From contig OZ024744.1 in the NCBI GenBank assembly GCA_964016885.1, positions 45,384,001 through 45,448,000 of the forward strand: 64,000 nt of DNA. The letters run 5' to 3'. The notes beneath the pieces were generated by a model. It was not told the DNA's origin and ran no database searches. It saw nothing but the letters and a program-made list of their open reading frames with translations. Made by a program: the position numbers and the translations under genes. Shown piece by piece: positions 18,501-35,220 of this stretch (position 1 is the stretch's first letter; every line of letters begins with the position of its first letter). The stretch comes from Eledone cirrhosa. Lineage: Eukaryota.

Positions 18501-21500
18501 CTACGCTATACCACTCCACGTTACAATATAACACATCACACTACAATATACCAGACCATACTACAGCATATCACACCACACTAGAATATATCACACTACA
18601 TTGCAATATATTACACCACATTACAATATATAAAGATCATTACAATATATTAGATCGTTACAATATACACACAACACTACAATATATCACACCATACCAG
18701 ACTATACCACTCCACACTACAATATACCAGTCCACACTCAATATATCGCACTGTGCTCCAATATATCATACCACACTACAATATAGCACACTACACTGCA
18801 CCATATCACACCACACTACAATATACCACACCACACGACAATATACGAAACTACACTGCAATATACCACACCAAGCTACAATATATCACACCACACTACA
18901 CTATACCATACCAAACTACAATATACCACACCAGACTACATTATATAACTCCACAATACAATATATCAAACTACACTACAATATACCACACCACACTACA
19001 ATATACGACTCCACTCTACACTATACCACACCACACTACAATATATCACACTACACTACAATATACCACACCACACTAACATATACCACACCACACTACA
19101 ATATACCAGACCACACTACAATATATCACACTACACTACAATATATCACCCTACACTATAATATACCACTCCACACTACAATATATCACACCACACTTCA
19201 ATATACCACACTGCACTACTATTTATCAATCCACATTACAATATATCACACTACACTACAATATACCACTCCATTCTACAATATACCACACAACATTCAT
19301 ATATACCACACCACATTACAATATATCACACTACAATATAACACTCAACACTACAATATATAACTCTACACTACAATATACCACTCCACACTACAATATA
19401 CCATACCACACTACAATATATCACATCACACTATACTATATCACATCACACTTCAATATACCACACTACACTACAATATATCACACTATACTACAATATA
19501 CCACTCCACACTACACTCAATATACCAGTGCACAGTACAATATATCACACCACACTAGAATATATCCCACTACATTACAATATATCACACCACATTACAG
19601 TATATTACATAACACTGCAATATACAACTCCACACTACAATATATTGACACTACTCTACACTATACCACTCCACGGTACAATATATCACATCAAACTACA
19701 ATATATCACACCACACTACAATATATCACACTATAATACAATATACCACTCCACAGTACAATATATCACACCACACTACAATATATCACACTACATTAGA
19801 ATATAACACATAACATAACAATATATTACATAACACTGCAATATACAACTCCACACTACACTATACAACTCCACACTACAATATACTACACCACACTACA
19901 ATATACCATATCACACTACAATATACAACACCACACTACACTATACCACACCAGACTAAAATATATCACACCACACTACAATATATCACATCATACTACA
20001 ATATATCACACTAAATTACACTATATCACACCACACTACAATATGTCGACATTACTCTAAACTATACCATTCCACGTTACAATATATCACATCACACAAC
20101 AATGTACCAAACCACACTACAATGTACCAGACCACACTACAGTATATCACACCGCACTAGAACATATCACACTACATTACAATATATCACACCACATTAC
20201 AATATATTAGATCACATACAATATACAACTACACACTACACTATACAACCCCAAACTACAATATACTACGCCACACTACAATATACCACATCACACTACA
20301 CTATACCACACCACACTACACTATACCACACCACACTACAATATATCACATCATACTACAATATACCACACCACACTACAATATATCACACCACACCACA
20401 CTATAACACTCGACACTACACTATACCAATCCACACTACAATATACCACTCCACACTACAATATATCACGTCATAATACAGTATATCCCACTACTTTACA
20501 ATATACCACACCATACTACAATATATCACATCATACTACAATATACCACACCACGCTAAACCACTCCACACTACACTATACCACTCCACGCTACAATATA
20601 TCACTCCACACTACAATATATCACATTACACTACAATATATCGACACTACTCTACACTATAACACTCCATGTTACAATATATCACATCACACTACAATAT
20701 ACCACACCACACTACAATATATCACACCATACTGCAATATACCACAGCACACTACAATATATCGACACTATTCTACACTATACCACTCCAGGGTACAATA
20801 TACCACTCCACACTACAATATACCACTCCGAACTACAATATATCGCACTGTACTCCAATATATCATACCACACTACAATATAGCACACTACACTGCACCA
20901 TACCACTCCAAACTACAATAAACCACACTATATCACACAACACTACAATATACACACTACACTACAATATACCACATCACACTACAATGTACCACAGCAA
21001 ACTACAATATGCTAATCCATACTGCAATATATCACACTACACTACAATATACCAGACCACACTACAATATATCACACCACACCACACTAGACCAATCCAC
21101 ACTACAATATACCACATCACACTACAATATACCACACCTCACTACAATATACTACACCACACTACAATATCCCACGCCACACTACAATATACCACACTAC
21201 AATGTATCACACTAAACTACAATATACCACATCACACTACAATATACCACTTCACACAAAAATATACCACACCACACTACACTATACCACTCCACACTAC
21301 AATATACCACACCACACGACAATATCCCGCACCATACAAAACTATACCACACCACACTACACTATACTACACCATACTACACTATATCCCTCCACACTAG
21401 ATTATACCACACAACACTACAATATACCACATCACATTAAAATATATCACATCACACTACAATATATTCCACCTCAGTACAATATACCACATCGCATTGC

Positions 21501-24500
21501 AATGTACCACACCACACTGAAATATACCACACCACACTAAAATATACCCCACCACACAACATTATATCACACTACACTACAATATACAACACCACACTGC
21601 ATTATACCACACCACACTACAATACACAACACTACAATATAGCATCCACACGACAGTATATCAAACTACATTGCAATATACCACACCACGCTACAATATA
21701 CCACACCACACCACACTATACCATACAAAACTACAATATACCACACCAGGCTACACTATACCACACCACACTACAATATATCACACTACACTATAATATA
21801 CCAGACTAAAATATACCACACCACACTACAATATACCAGACCACACTACAATATATCACAATACAGTACAATATATCAAACTACACTACAATATAACACA
21901 CCACACTACAATATACGACTCCACTCTACACTATACCACACCACACTACAATATATCACCCCACACTACAATATACCAGACCACACTACAATATATCACA
22001 CTACACTACAATATACCACACCACACTACAATATATCACACTACAATATACCACTCCACACTACAATATATCACATTAGACTACAATACACCACTTAACA
22101 CTACAATATACCACACCAGACTACATTATACCACTCCACACTACAATATATCAAACTACACTACAATATACCACACCACACTACAATATACGACTCCACT
22201 CTACACTATACCACACCACACTACAATATATCAAACTACACTACAATATAGCACACTACACTGCACCATACCACACCACACTACAATATACCACATCACA
22301 CTACAATATATCACACTACACTACAATATATCACACTACACTATAATATACCACACCTCACTACAATATGCCACAACAACACTAAAATATACCACACCAC
22401 ACTACAATATATCACACTACAATATACCACTCAACACTACAATATATCACTCTACACTATACCACATTACAATATATTACCTAACACTGCAATATACAAC
22501 TACACACTACACTATACAACTCCACAGTACAATATACTACGCCACACTACAATATACCACATCACACTACAATATACCACACAACACTACACTATACCAC
22601 ACTACAATATATCACACCACACTACAATATATAACACCACACTAAAATATATCACACTACATTATAATATATTACCTAACACTGCAATATACAACTCCAC
22701 CCTATACTATACAACTCCATACAACAATATACTACGCCACACTACAATATACCACATCACACTATAATATACCACACCACACTACACTATACCACAGCAC
22801 ACTTCAATATATCAAACCACACTACAATATATAACATCATACTACAATATATCACATTACATTACACTATATCACATCACACTACAATATTTCGACACTA
22901 CTCTACACTATACCACTCCATGTTACAATATATCACACTACAGTACAATATATCACACTACACTACAATATAGCTCTCCACACTACAAAATATCACACCA
23001 AACTACAATATACCACACTACACTAAATCACACCACACTACTATATATCAAACCACATTACAATATATCACACTACACTACAATATACCACTCCTCACTA
23101 CATTATACCACACCACACTACAATATAGCACACCACACTACAAAATATCACACTACACTACAATATACCACTCCACACTACAATATATCACACTACACTA
23201 CAATATACCAGACCACACTACAATATATCACACCAGACTACGCTACAATATACCACACCACACTAAAATATACCACATCACACTAAAATATACCACACCA
23301 CACTACAATATACCAGACCACACTACAATATATCACACTACACTACAATATATCACACTACACTACAATAAACCACTCCACAATACAATATATCACACCA
23401 CACTACTATATATCGTACCACATTACAATATATCACACTACACTACAATATACCACTCCATACTACAATATACCACACCACACTACAATATACCACACAA
23501 CACTACAATATACCACACCACACTACAATATATCACATTATAATATACCACACCACACTACAATATATCAAACTACACTACAATATATCAAACTACACTA
23601 CAATATACCACACCACACTACAATATACGACTCCACTCTACACTATACCCCACCACACTACAATATATCACACTACACTACAATATTCCACACCACACTA
23701 AAATATACCACACCACACTACAATATACCAGACCACACTACAATATATATCACACTACACTACAATATATCAAACTACACTACAATATACCACACCACAC
23801 TACAATATACGACTCCACTCTACACTATACCACACCACACTACACTACAATATACAACACCACACTAAAATATACCACACCACACTACAATATACCAGAC
23901 CACACTACAATATATCACACCACACTAGAATACACCATACAACACATTATACCACACTACACTAAAATATACCGCACCACACTACAATATATCACACTAC
24001 ATTACAATATACCACACCACACTGCAAAATACCACACGACTCTACAATACACCACACCACACTACAATATACCACACCACGCTACAATACACAACACTAC
24101 ACTACACTATACCATACCAAACTACAATATACCACACCAGACTAGAATATACCACTCCACACTACAATATATCAAACTACACTACAATATACCACACCAC
24201 ACTAAAATATACCACACCACACTACAATATACCCGACCACACTAAAATATACCACACCACACTACAATATACCAGACCACACTACAATATATCACACTAC
24301 ACTACAATATATCACACCACACTACTATATATCGAACCACATTACAATATATCACACTACACTACAATATACCACTCCATACTACAATATACCACACCAT
24401 ACTACAATATACCACACCACACTACAATATACCACACCACACTACAATATATCACATTATAATATACCACTCAACACTACAATGTATCACTCTACACTAC

Positions 24501-27500
24501 AATATTCCACTCCACACTACAATTTATCACATCACACTACACTATATCACATCACACTACAATATACCACACCACACTACAATATATCACACTATACTAC
24601 AATATACCACTTCACACTACAATATATCACATTACACTCAATATACCATTCCACAGTACAATATATCACACCACACTACAATAAATCACACTACATTACA
24701 ATATATCACACCACATTACAATATATTACATAACACTGCAATATACAACTCCACACTACACTATACAACTCCACACTACAATATAGTACACCACACTACA
24801 ATATATCACATCACATTACAATAAACCACACCACACTAACATATATCACATCATACTACAATATACGACACCACACTACAATATATCACACCACACCACA
24901 CTATACCACTCCACACTACACGATACCATACCACACTACAATATAGCACTCGACACTACAATATATCGGACTGTACTTCAATATATCATAGCACACAACA
25001 ATATATCACACTGCACCATACCACTCCACACTACAGTATATCACATCATACTACACTATACCACCACACTACAATATATCACACCGCACTACAATATACC
25101 AGACCACACTACAATATACCACACCACACTACAGTATCCTACACTACTATATATCACAGCACACTACAATATGCCACACCACACTACAATATACCACACC
25201 ACACTATAAAATATCACTCAACACTATAATATACCACACTATATCACGCCACACTACAATATACCACCCACATTACAATATACCACACGACACTACAATA
25301 TACCACGTCACACTACAATATACCACACCACACTACAATATGCTAATCCATACTGCAATATATCACACTACACAACAATATACCACTCCACACTACAATA
25401 TACCACTCCACACTAGAATATCTCACTCCACACTACAATATACCACACCACACTACAATATATCACACTAAACTAAATATACCACGCCACTCTGCAATAT
25501 ACCTTCACACAACAATATACCACACCACACTACACTATGCCACTCCACACTACAATATACCACACCACACTACAATATAAAAAACCATACTACACTATAC
25601 CACACCATTTTACAATATACCAGACCACGCTACAACGTATCACACTACACTACAATATATCACACTACACTACAATATACCACTCCTCACTACAATATAC
25701 CACACCACACTACAATATACCACACTACACTACAATATATCACACCACACTACAATTTAACACTCCACACTATAATATATCAGACTAGACTACATTATAC
25801 CACTCAACTCTACAATATATCACTATCCACTACAATATACCACTCCACACTACAATATACCACACCACACTACAATATATCACACTATACTACAATATTC
25901 CAATCCACAGTACAATATATCACACCACACTACAATATATCACACTACATTAGAATATATCACACACATTCCAATATATTACATAACACTGCAATATACA
26001 ACTCCACACTACACTATACAACTCCACGCTACAATATACTACACCACACTACAATATACCACATCACACTACACTATACCACACCACACTACAATATATG
26101 ACATAATACTACAATAGATCACACTAAACTACACTATATCACACCACGCTACAATATGTCGACATTACTCTACGCTATACCACTCCACGTTACAATATAA
26201 CACATCACACTACAATATACCAGACCATACTACAGCATATCACACCACACTAGAATATATCACACTACATTGCAATATATTACACCACATTACAATATAT
26301 AAAGATCATTACAATATATTAGATCGTTACAATATACACACAACACTACAATATATCACACCATACCAGACTATACCACTCCACACTACAATATACCAGT
26401 CCACACTCAATATATCGCACTGTGCTCCAATATATCATACCACACTACAATATAGCACACTACACTGCACCATATCACACCACACTACAATATACCACAC
26501 CACACGACAATATACGAAACTACACTGCAATATACCACACCAAGCTACAATATATCACACCACACTACACTATACCATACCAAACTACAATATACCACAC
26601 CAGACTACATTATATAACTCCACAATACAATATATCAAACTACACTACAATATACCACACCACACTACAATATACGACTCCACTCTACACTATACCACAC
26701 CACACTACAATATATCACACTACACTACAATATACCACACCACACTAACATATACCACACCACACTACAATATACCAGACCACACTACAATATATCACAC
26801 TACACTACAATATATCACCCTACACTATAATATACCACTCCACACTACAATATATCACACCACACTTCAATATACCACACTGCACTACTATTTATCAATC
26901 CACATTACAATATATCACACTACACTACAATATACCACTCCATTCTACAATATACCACACAACATTCATATATACCACACCACATTACAATATATCACAC
27001 TACAATATAACACTCAACACTACAATATATAACTCTACACTACAATATACCACTCCACACTACAATATACCATACCACACTACAATATATCACATCACAC
27101 TATACTATATCACATCACACTTCAATATACCACACTACACTACAATATATCACACTATACTACAATATACCACTCCACACTACACTCAATATACCAGTGC
27201 ACAGTACAATATATCACACCACACTAGAATATATCCCACTACATTACAATATATCACACCACATTACAGTATATTACATAACACTGCAATATACAACTCC
27301 ACACTACAATATATTGACACTACTCTACACTATACCACTCCACGGTACAATATATCACATCAAACTACAATATATCACACCACACTACAATATATCACAC
27401 TATAATACAATATACCACTCCACAGTACAATATATCACACCACACTACAATATATCACACTACATTAGAATATAACACATAACATAACAATATATTACAT

Positions 27501-30500
27501 AACACTGCAATATACAACTCCACACTACACTATACAACTCCACACTACAATATACTACACCACACTACAATATACCATATCACACTACAATATACAACAC
27601 CACACTACACTATACCACACCAGACTAAAATATATCACACCACACTACAATATATCACATCATACTACAATATATCACACTAAATTACACTATATCACAC
27701 CACACTACAATATGTCGACATTACTCTAAACTATACCATTCCACGTTACAATATATCACATCACACAACAATGTACCAAACCACACTACAATGTACCAGA
27801 CCACACTACAGTATATCACACCGCACTAGAACATATCACACTACATTACAATATATCACACCACATTACAATATATTAGATCACATACAATATACAACTA
27901 CACACTACACTATACAACCCCAAACTACAATATACTACGCCACACTACAATATACCACATCACACTACACTATACCACACCACACTACACTATACCACAC
28001 CACACTACAATATATCACATCATACTACAATATACCACACCACACTACAATATATCACACCACACCACACTATAACACTCGACACTACACTATACCAATC
28101 CACACTACAATATACCACTCCACACTACAATATATCACGTCATAATACAGTATATCCCACTACTTTACAATATACCACACCATACTACAATATATCACAT
28201 CATACTACAATATACCACACCACGCTAAACCACTCCACACTACACTATACCACTCCACGCTACAATATATCACTCCACACTACAATATATCACATTACAC
28301 TACAATATATCGACACTACTCTACACTATAACACTCCATGTTACAATATATCACATCACACTACAATATACCACACCACACTACAATATATCACACCATA
28401 CTGCAATATACCACAGCACACTACAATATATCGACACTATTCTACACTATACCACTCCAGGGTACAATATACCACTCCACACTACAATATACCACTCCGA
28501 ACTACAATATATCGCACTGTACTCCAATATATCATACCACACTACAATATAGCACACTACACTGCACCATACCACTCCAAACTACAATAAACCACACTAT
28601 ATCACACAACACTACAATATACACACTACACTACAATATACCACATCACACTACAATGTACCACAGCAAACTACAATATGCTAATCCATACTGCAATATA
28701 TCACACTACACTACAATATACCAGACCACACTACAATATATCACACCACACCACACTAGACCAATCCACACTACAATATACCACATCACACTACAATATA
28801 CCACACCTCACTACAATATACTACACCACACTACAATATCCCACGCCACACTACAATATACCACACTACAATGTATCACACTAAACTACAATATACCACA
28901 TCACACTACAATATACCACTTCACACAAAAATATACCACACCACACTACACTATACCACTCCACACTACAATATACCACACCACACGACAATATCCCGCA
29001 CCATACAAAACTATACCACACCACACTACACTATACTACACCATACTACACTATATCCCTCCACACTAGATTATACCACACAACACTACAATATACCACA
29101 TCACATTAAAATATATCACATCACACTACAATATATTCCACCTCAGTACAATATACCACATCGCATTGCAATGTACCACACCACACTGAAATATACCACA
29201 CCACACTAAAATATACCCCACCACACAACATTATATCACACTACACTACAATATACAACACCACACTGCATTATACCACACCACACTACAATACACAACA
29301 CTACAATATAGCATCCACACGACAGTATATCAAACTACATTGCAATATACCACACCACGCTACAATATACCACACCACACCACACTATACCATACAAAAC
29401 TACAATATACCACACCAGGCTACACTATACCACACCACACTACAATATATCACACTACACTATAATATACCAGACTAAAATATACCACACCACACTACAA
29501 TATACCAGACCACACTACAATATATCACAATACAGTACAATATATCAAACTACACTACAATATAACACACCACACTACAATATACGACTCCACTCTACAC
29601 TATACCACACCACACTACAATATATCACCCCACACTACAATATACCAGACCACACTACAATATATCACACTACACTACAATATACCACACCACACTACAA
29701 TATATCACACTACAATATACCACTCCACACTACAATATATCACATTAGACTACAATACACCACTTAACACTACAATATACCACACCAGACTACATTATAC
29801 CACTCCACACTACAATATATCAAACTACACTACAATATACCACACCACACTACAATATACGACTCCACTCTACACTATACCACACCACACTACAATATAT
29901 CAAACTACACTACAATATAGCACACTACACTGCACCATACCACACCACACTACAATATACCACATCACACTACAATATATCACACTACACTACAATATAT
30001 CACACTACACTATAATATACCACACCTCACTACAATATGCCACAACAACACTAAAATATACCACACCACACTACAATATATCACACTACAATATACCACT
30101 CAACACTACAATATATCACTCTACACTATACCACATTACAATATATTACCTAACACTGCAATATACAACTACACACTACACTATACAACTCCACAGTACA
30201 ATATACTACGCCACACTACAATATACCACATCACACTACAATATACCACACAACACTACACTATACCACACTACAATATATCACACCACACTACAATATA
30301 TAACACCACACTAAAATATATCACACTACATTATAATATATTACCTAACACTGCAATATACAACTCCACCCTATACTATACAACTCCATACAACAATATA
30401 CTACGCCACACTACAATATACCACATCACACTATAATATACCACACCACACTACACTATACCACAGCACACTTCAATATATCAAACCACACTACAATATA

Positions 30501-30904
30501 TAACATCATACTACAATATATCACATTACATTACACTATATCACATCACACTACAATATTTCGACACTACTCTACACTATACCACTCCATGTTACAATAT
30601 ATCACACTACAGTACAATATATCACACTACACTACAATATAGCTCTCCACACTACAAAATATCACACCAAACTACAATATACCACACTACACTAAATCAC
30701 ACCACACTACTATATATCAAACCACATTACAATATATCACACTACACTACAATATACCACTCCTCACTACATTATACCACACCACACTACAATATAGCAC
30801 ACCACACTACAAAATATCACACTACACTACAATATACCACTCCACACTACAATATATCACACTACACTACAATATACCAGACCACACTACAATATATCAC
30901 ACCA
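15555..30904. repeat. Head-to-tail tandem duplication, period 7,669 bp (copy 1 15555-23223, copy 2 23224-30892), no differences seen
   Basis: ORF pairs 16813/24482, 17868/25537, 18753/26422, 19528/27197, 20102/27771, 20669/28338, 21009/28678 and 21202/28871 all have offset 7669 and identical translations. The junction motif TATATCACACCAGACTACGCTAC lies at 15555 and 23224. Confidence 0.96.
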
Positions 30905-31219
30905 CACCACACTAGACCAATCCACACTACAATATACCACATCACACTACAATATACAACACCTCACTACAATATACTACACCACACTACAATATCCCAC
31001 GCCACACTACAATATACCACACTACAATGTATCACACTAAACCACAATATACCACATCACACTACAATATACCACTTCACACAAAAATATACCACACCAC
31101 ACTACACTATACCACTCCACACTACAATATACCACATCAAACTACAATATAACACACCACACTATAAAATATCACTCAAAACTACAATATACCACACTAT
31201 ATCACACTATATACACACT

Positions 31220-32830
31220 ATATACACCATTTTACAATATACCAGACCACGCTACAATATATCACACTACACTACAATATACCACTCCTCACTACAATAT
31301 ACCACACCACACTACAGTATACCACACTACACTACAATATATCACACCACACTACAATATAACACTCCACACTATACTATATGAGACTAGACTACAATAT
31401 ACCACTCAACTCTACAATATATCACTCTCCACTAGAATATACCACTCCACACTACAATATATCACATCAAACTACAATATACCAATCCACAGTACAATAT
31501 ATCACACCACACTACAATATATCACAATACATTAGAATATATCACACCACATTCCAATATATTACATAACACTGCAATATACAACTCCACACTACACTAT
31601 ACAACTCCACACTACAATATACTACACCACACTAAAATATACCACATCACACTACACTATACCACACCACACTACAATATATCACATCATACTACAATAG
31701 ATCACACTAAACTACACTATATCACACCACGCTACAATATATCACACTACACTACACTATATCACACCACACTACAATATACGGCACCATACTACAATAT
31801 ACGACACCAGACTACACTATACCACACCATACTACACTATATCCCTCCACACTAGAATATACCACACCATACTACAATATATCACATCATACTACAATAT
31901 ATCACACTAAACTACACTATATCATACCACGCTACAATATGTCGACATTACTCTACGCTATACCATCCCACGTTACAATATATCACATCACACTACAATA
32001 TACCAGACCACACTACAGTATATTACACCACACTAGAATATATCACACTACATTACAATATATTACACCACATTACAATATATAAAGATCATTACAATAT
32101 ATTAGATCGTTACAATATACACACTACACTACAATATACCACATCACACTACAATATATCACACCACACCACACTATACCACTCCACACTACAATATATC
32201 GCACTGTACTCCAATATATCATACCACACTACAATATAGCTCACTACACTGCACCATACCACACCACACTACAACATACCACACCACACTACAATATACC
32301 ACACCACACGACAATATACCAAACTACACTGCAATATCCCATACCACGCTACAATATGCCACAGCACACTACACAATACCAAACTACAATATACCACACG
32401 AGACTACATTATACCACCCCACACTACAATATATCAAACTACACTACAATTTACCACACCGCACTACAATATACCACACCACACTACAATATACCAGACC
32501 GCACTACAATATATAACACTACACTACAATATATCACACTACACTACAATATACCACTCCACACTACAATATATCACACCACACATCAATATACCACACC
32601 ACATTAAAATATACCACACCACACTACAATATATCACACTATAATATACCACTCAACACTACAATATATTACTCTACACTACAATATACCACTCCAAACT
32701 ACAATATACCACACCACATTACACTCAATATACCAATCCACAGTACAATATATCACACCACACTAGAATATATCCCACTACATTACAATATATCACACCA
32801 CATTACAAGATATTACATAACACTGCAATA
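31220..32830. repeat. Diverged third copy of the ~17930-19630 segment of the 7.67-kb unit
   Basis: Shared rare motifs CACCATTTTACAATATACCAGACCACGC (~17933/~31225) and TAAAGATCATTACAATATATTAGATCGTTAC (18631, 26300, 32083), with many substitutions and an internal insertion. Confidence 0.8.
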
Positions 32831-32939
32831 TACATCTCCACACTACACTATACAACTCCACACTACAATATACTACACCACACAACAATATTCCACATCA
32901 CACTACAATATACCACGCCACACTACACTATACCACATC

Positions 32940-35220
32940 ACACAACAATATGTAAAACCACACTACAATATATCACATCATACTACAATATATCACATTA
33001 TAGTACACTACATCACACCACACTACAATATATCGACACTACTCTACACTATACCACTCCATCTTACAATATATCACATCACACTACAATATACCACACC
33101 ATACTAACATATATCACATCATACTACAATATACGACACCACACTACAATATATCACACCACACCACACTATACCACTCCACACTACACTATACCACTCC
33201 ACACTACAATATATCACACGACACTATAATATACCACACTATATCACGCCACACTACAATATACCACACCACACTACAATATATCACACTATACTACAAT
33301 ATACAACGTCACATTACAATATACGACACCACACTACAATATGCTAATCCATACTGCAATATATCACAATACACTACAATATACCACACCACACTACAAT
33401 ATACCACACCACACTACAATATACCACTCCACACTAAAATATCCCACTCCACACTACAGTATACCACACCACACTACAATATAAAACACCATACTACACT
33501 ATACAACACCATTTTACAATATACTAGACCACGCTACAATATATCACACTACACTACAATATATCACTCTACACAACAATATACCACTCCACAATACAAT
33601 ATATCACACCAAACTACAATATACAACACTACACTACACTATATCACACCAGACTACTATATATCAAACCACATTACAATATATCACACTACAATATACC
33701 ACTCCTCAGTACAATATACCACACCACTACAATATACCACACCACACTACAATATACCACACCACACAACAAAATATCACACTACACTACAATATACCAC
33801 TCCACACTAAAATATATCACACTAGACTACAATGTACCACTCAACTCTACAGTATACCACTCTACACTACAATATACCACTCCACACTACAATATATCAC
33901 ATCAAACTACAATATATCACACCACACTACAATATATCACACTATACTACATTATATCACTCCACAGTACAATATATCATAACACACTACAATATATCAC
34001 ACTACATTAGAATATATCACCTAACATTACAATATATTACATAACACTGCAATATACAACACCACACTACACTATACCACACCACAATAAAATATATCAA
34101 ACCACACTACAATATATCACATCATACTACAATATATCACATTACAGTACACTACATCACACCACACTACAATATATCGACACTACTCTACATTATACCA
34201 CTTCATCTTACAATATATCACATCACACTACAATATACCACACCATACTAACATATATCACATCATACTACAATATACGACACCACACTACAATATATCA
34301 CACCACACAACACTATACCACTCCAATCTACACTATACCACTCCACACTACAATATACCACACGACACTACAATATACCACACTATATCACGCCACACTA
34401 CAATATACCACACCACACTACAATATATCACACTACACTACAATATACAACGTCACACTACAATATACGACACCACAATACAATATGCTAATCCATACTG
34501 CAATATATCACAATACACTACAATATACCACACCACACTACAATATATCACACCACACTACAATATATCATTCCACACTAAAATATCCCACTCCACACTA
34601 CAATATACCAAACCACACTACAATATAAAACGCCATACTACACTATACCACACCATTTTACAATATACTAGACCATGCTACAATATACCACACTACACTA
34701 CAATATATCACACAACACAACAATATACCACTCCACACTACAAAATATCACACCAAGCTACAATATACAAAACTACACTACACTATATCACACCAGACTC
34801 CTATATATCAAACCACACTACAATATATCACACTACAATATACCACTCCTCAGTACAATATACAACACCACACTACAATATAGCACACCACACTACAATA
34901 TACCACTCCTCAGTACAATATACAACACCACACTACAATATACCACACCACACTACAATATACCACACCACACAACAAAATATCACACTACACTACAATA
35001 TACCACTCTACACTACAATATACCACTCTACACTACAATATATCACATCAAACTACAATATATCACACCACACTACAATATATCACACTATACTACAATA
35101 TACCACTCCACAGTACAATATATCACACCACACTACAATATATCACACTACATTAGAATATATCATTAACATTACAATATATTACATAACACAGCAATAT
35201 ACAACTCCACACTACACTAT
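32940..35220. repeat. Diverged tandem duplication, period ~1,144 bp
   Basis: AGTACACTACATCACACC at 33002/34146, ATGCTAATCC at 33341/34485, and AGACT(A/C)CTATATATCAAACC at 33651/34795. Confidence 0.85.

Noticed and set aside
15555-30904. Large direct repeats as LTRs or tandem transposon copies
   Set aside because: The duplicated units consist entirely of satellite monomers, with no TG...CA termini, terminal inverted repeats, primer-binding site/polypurine tract or coding remnants.
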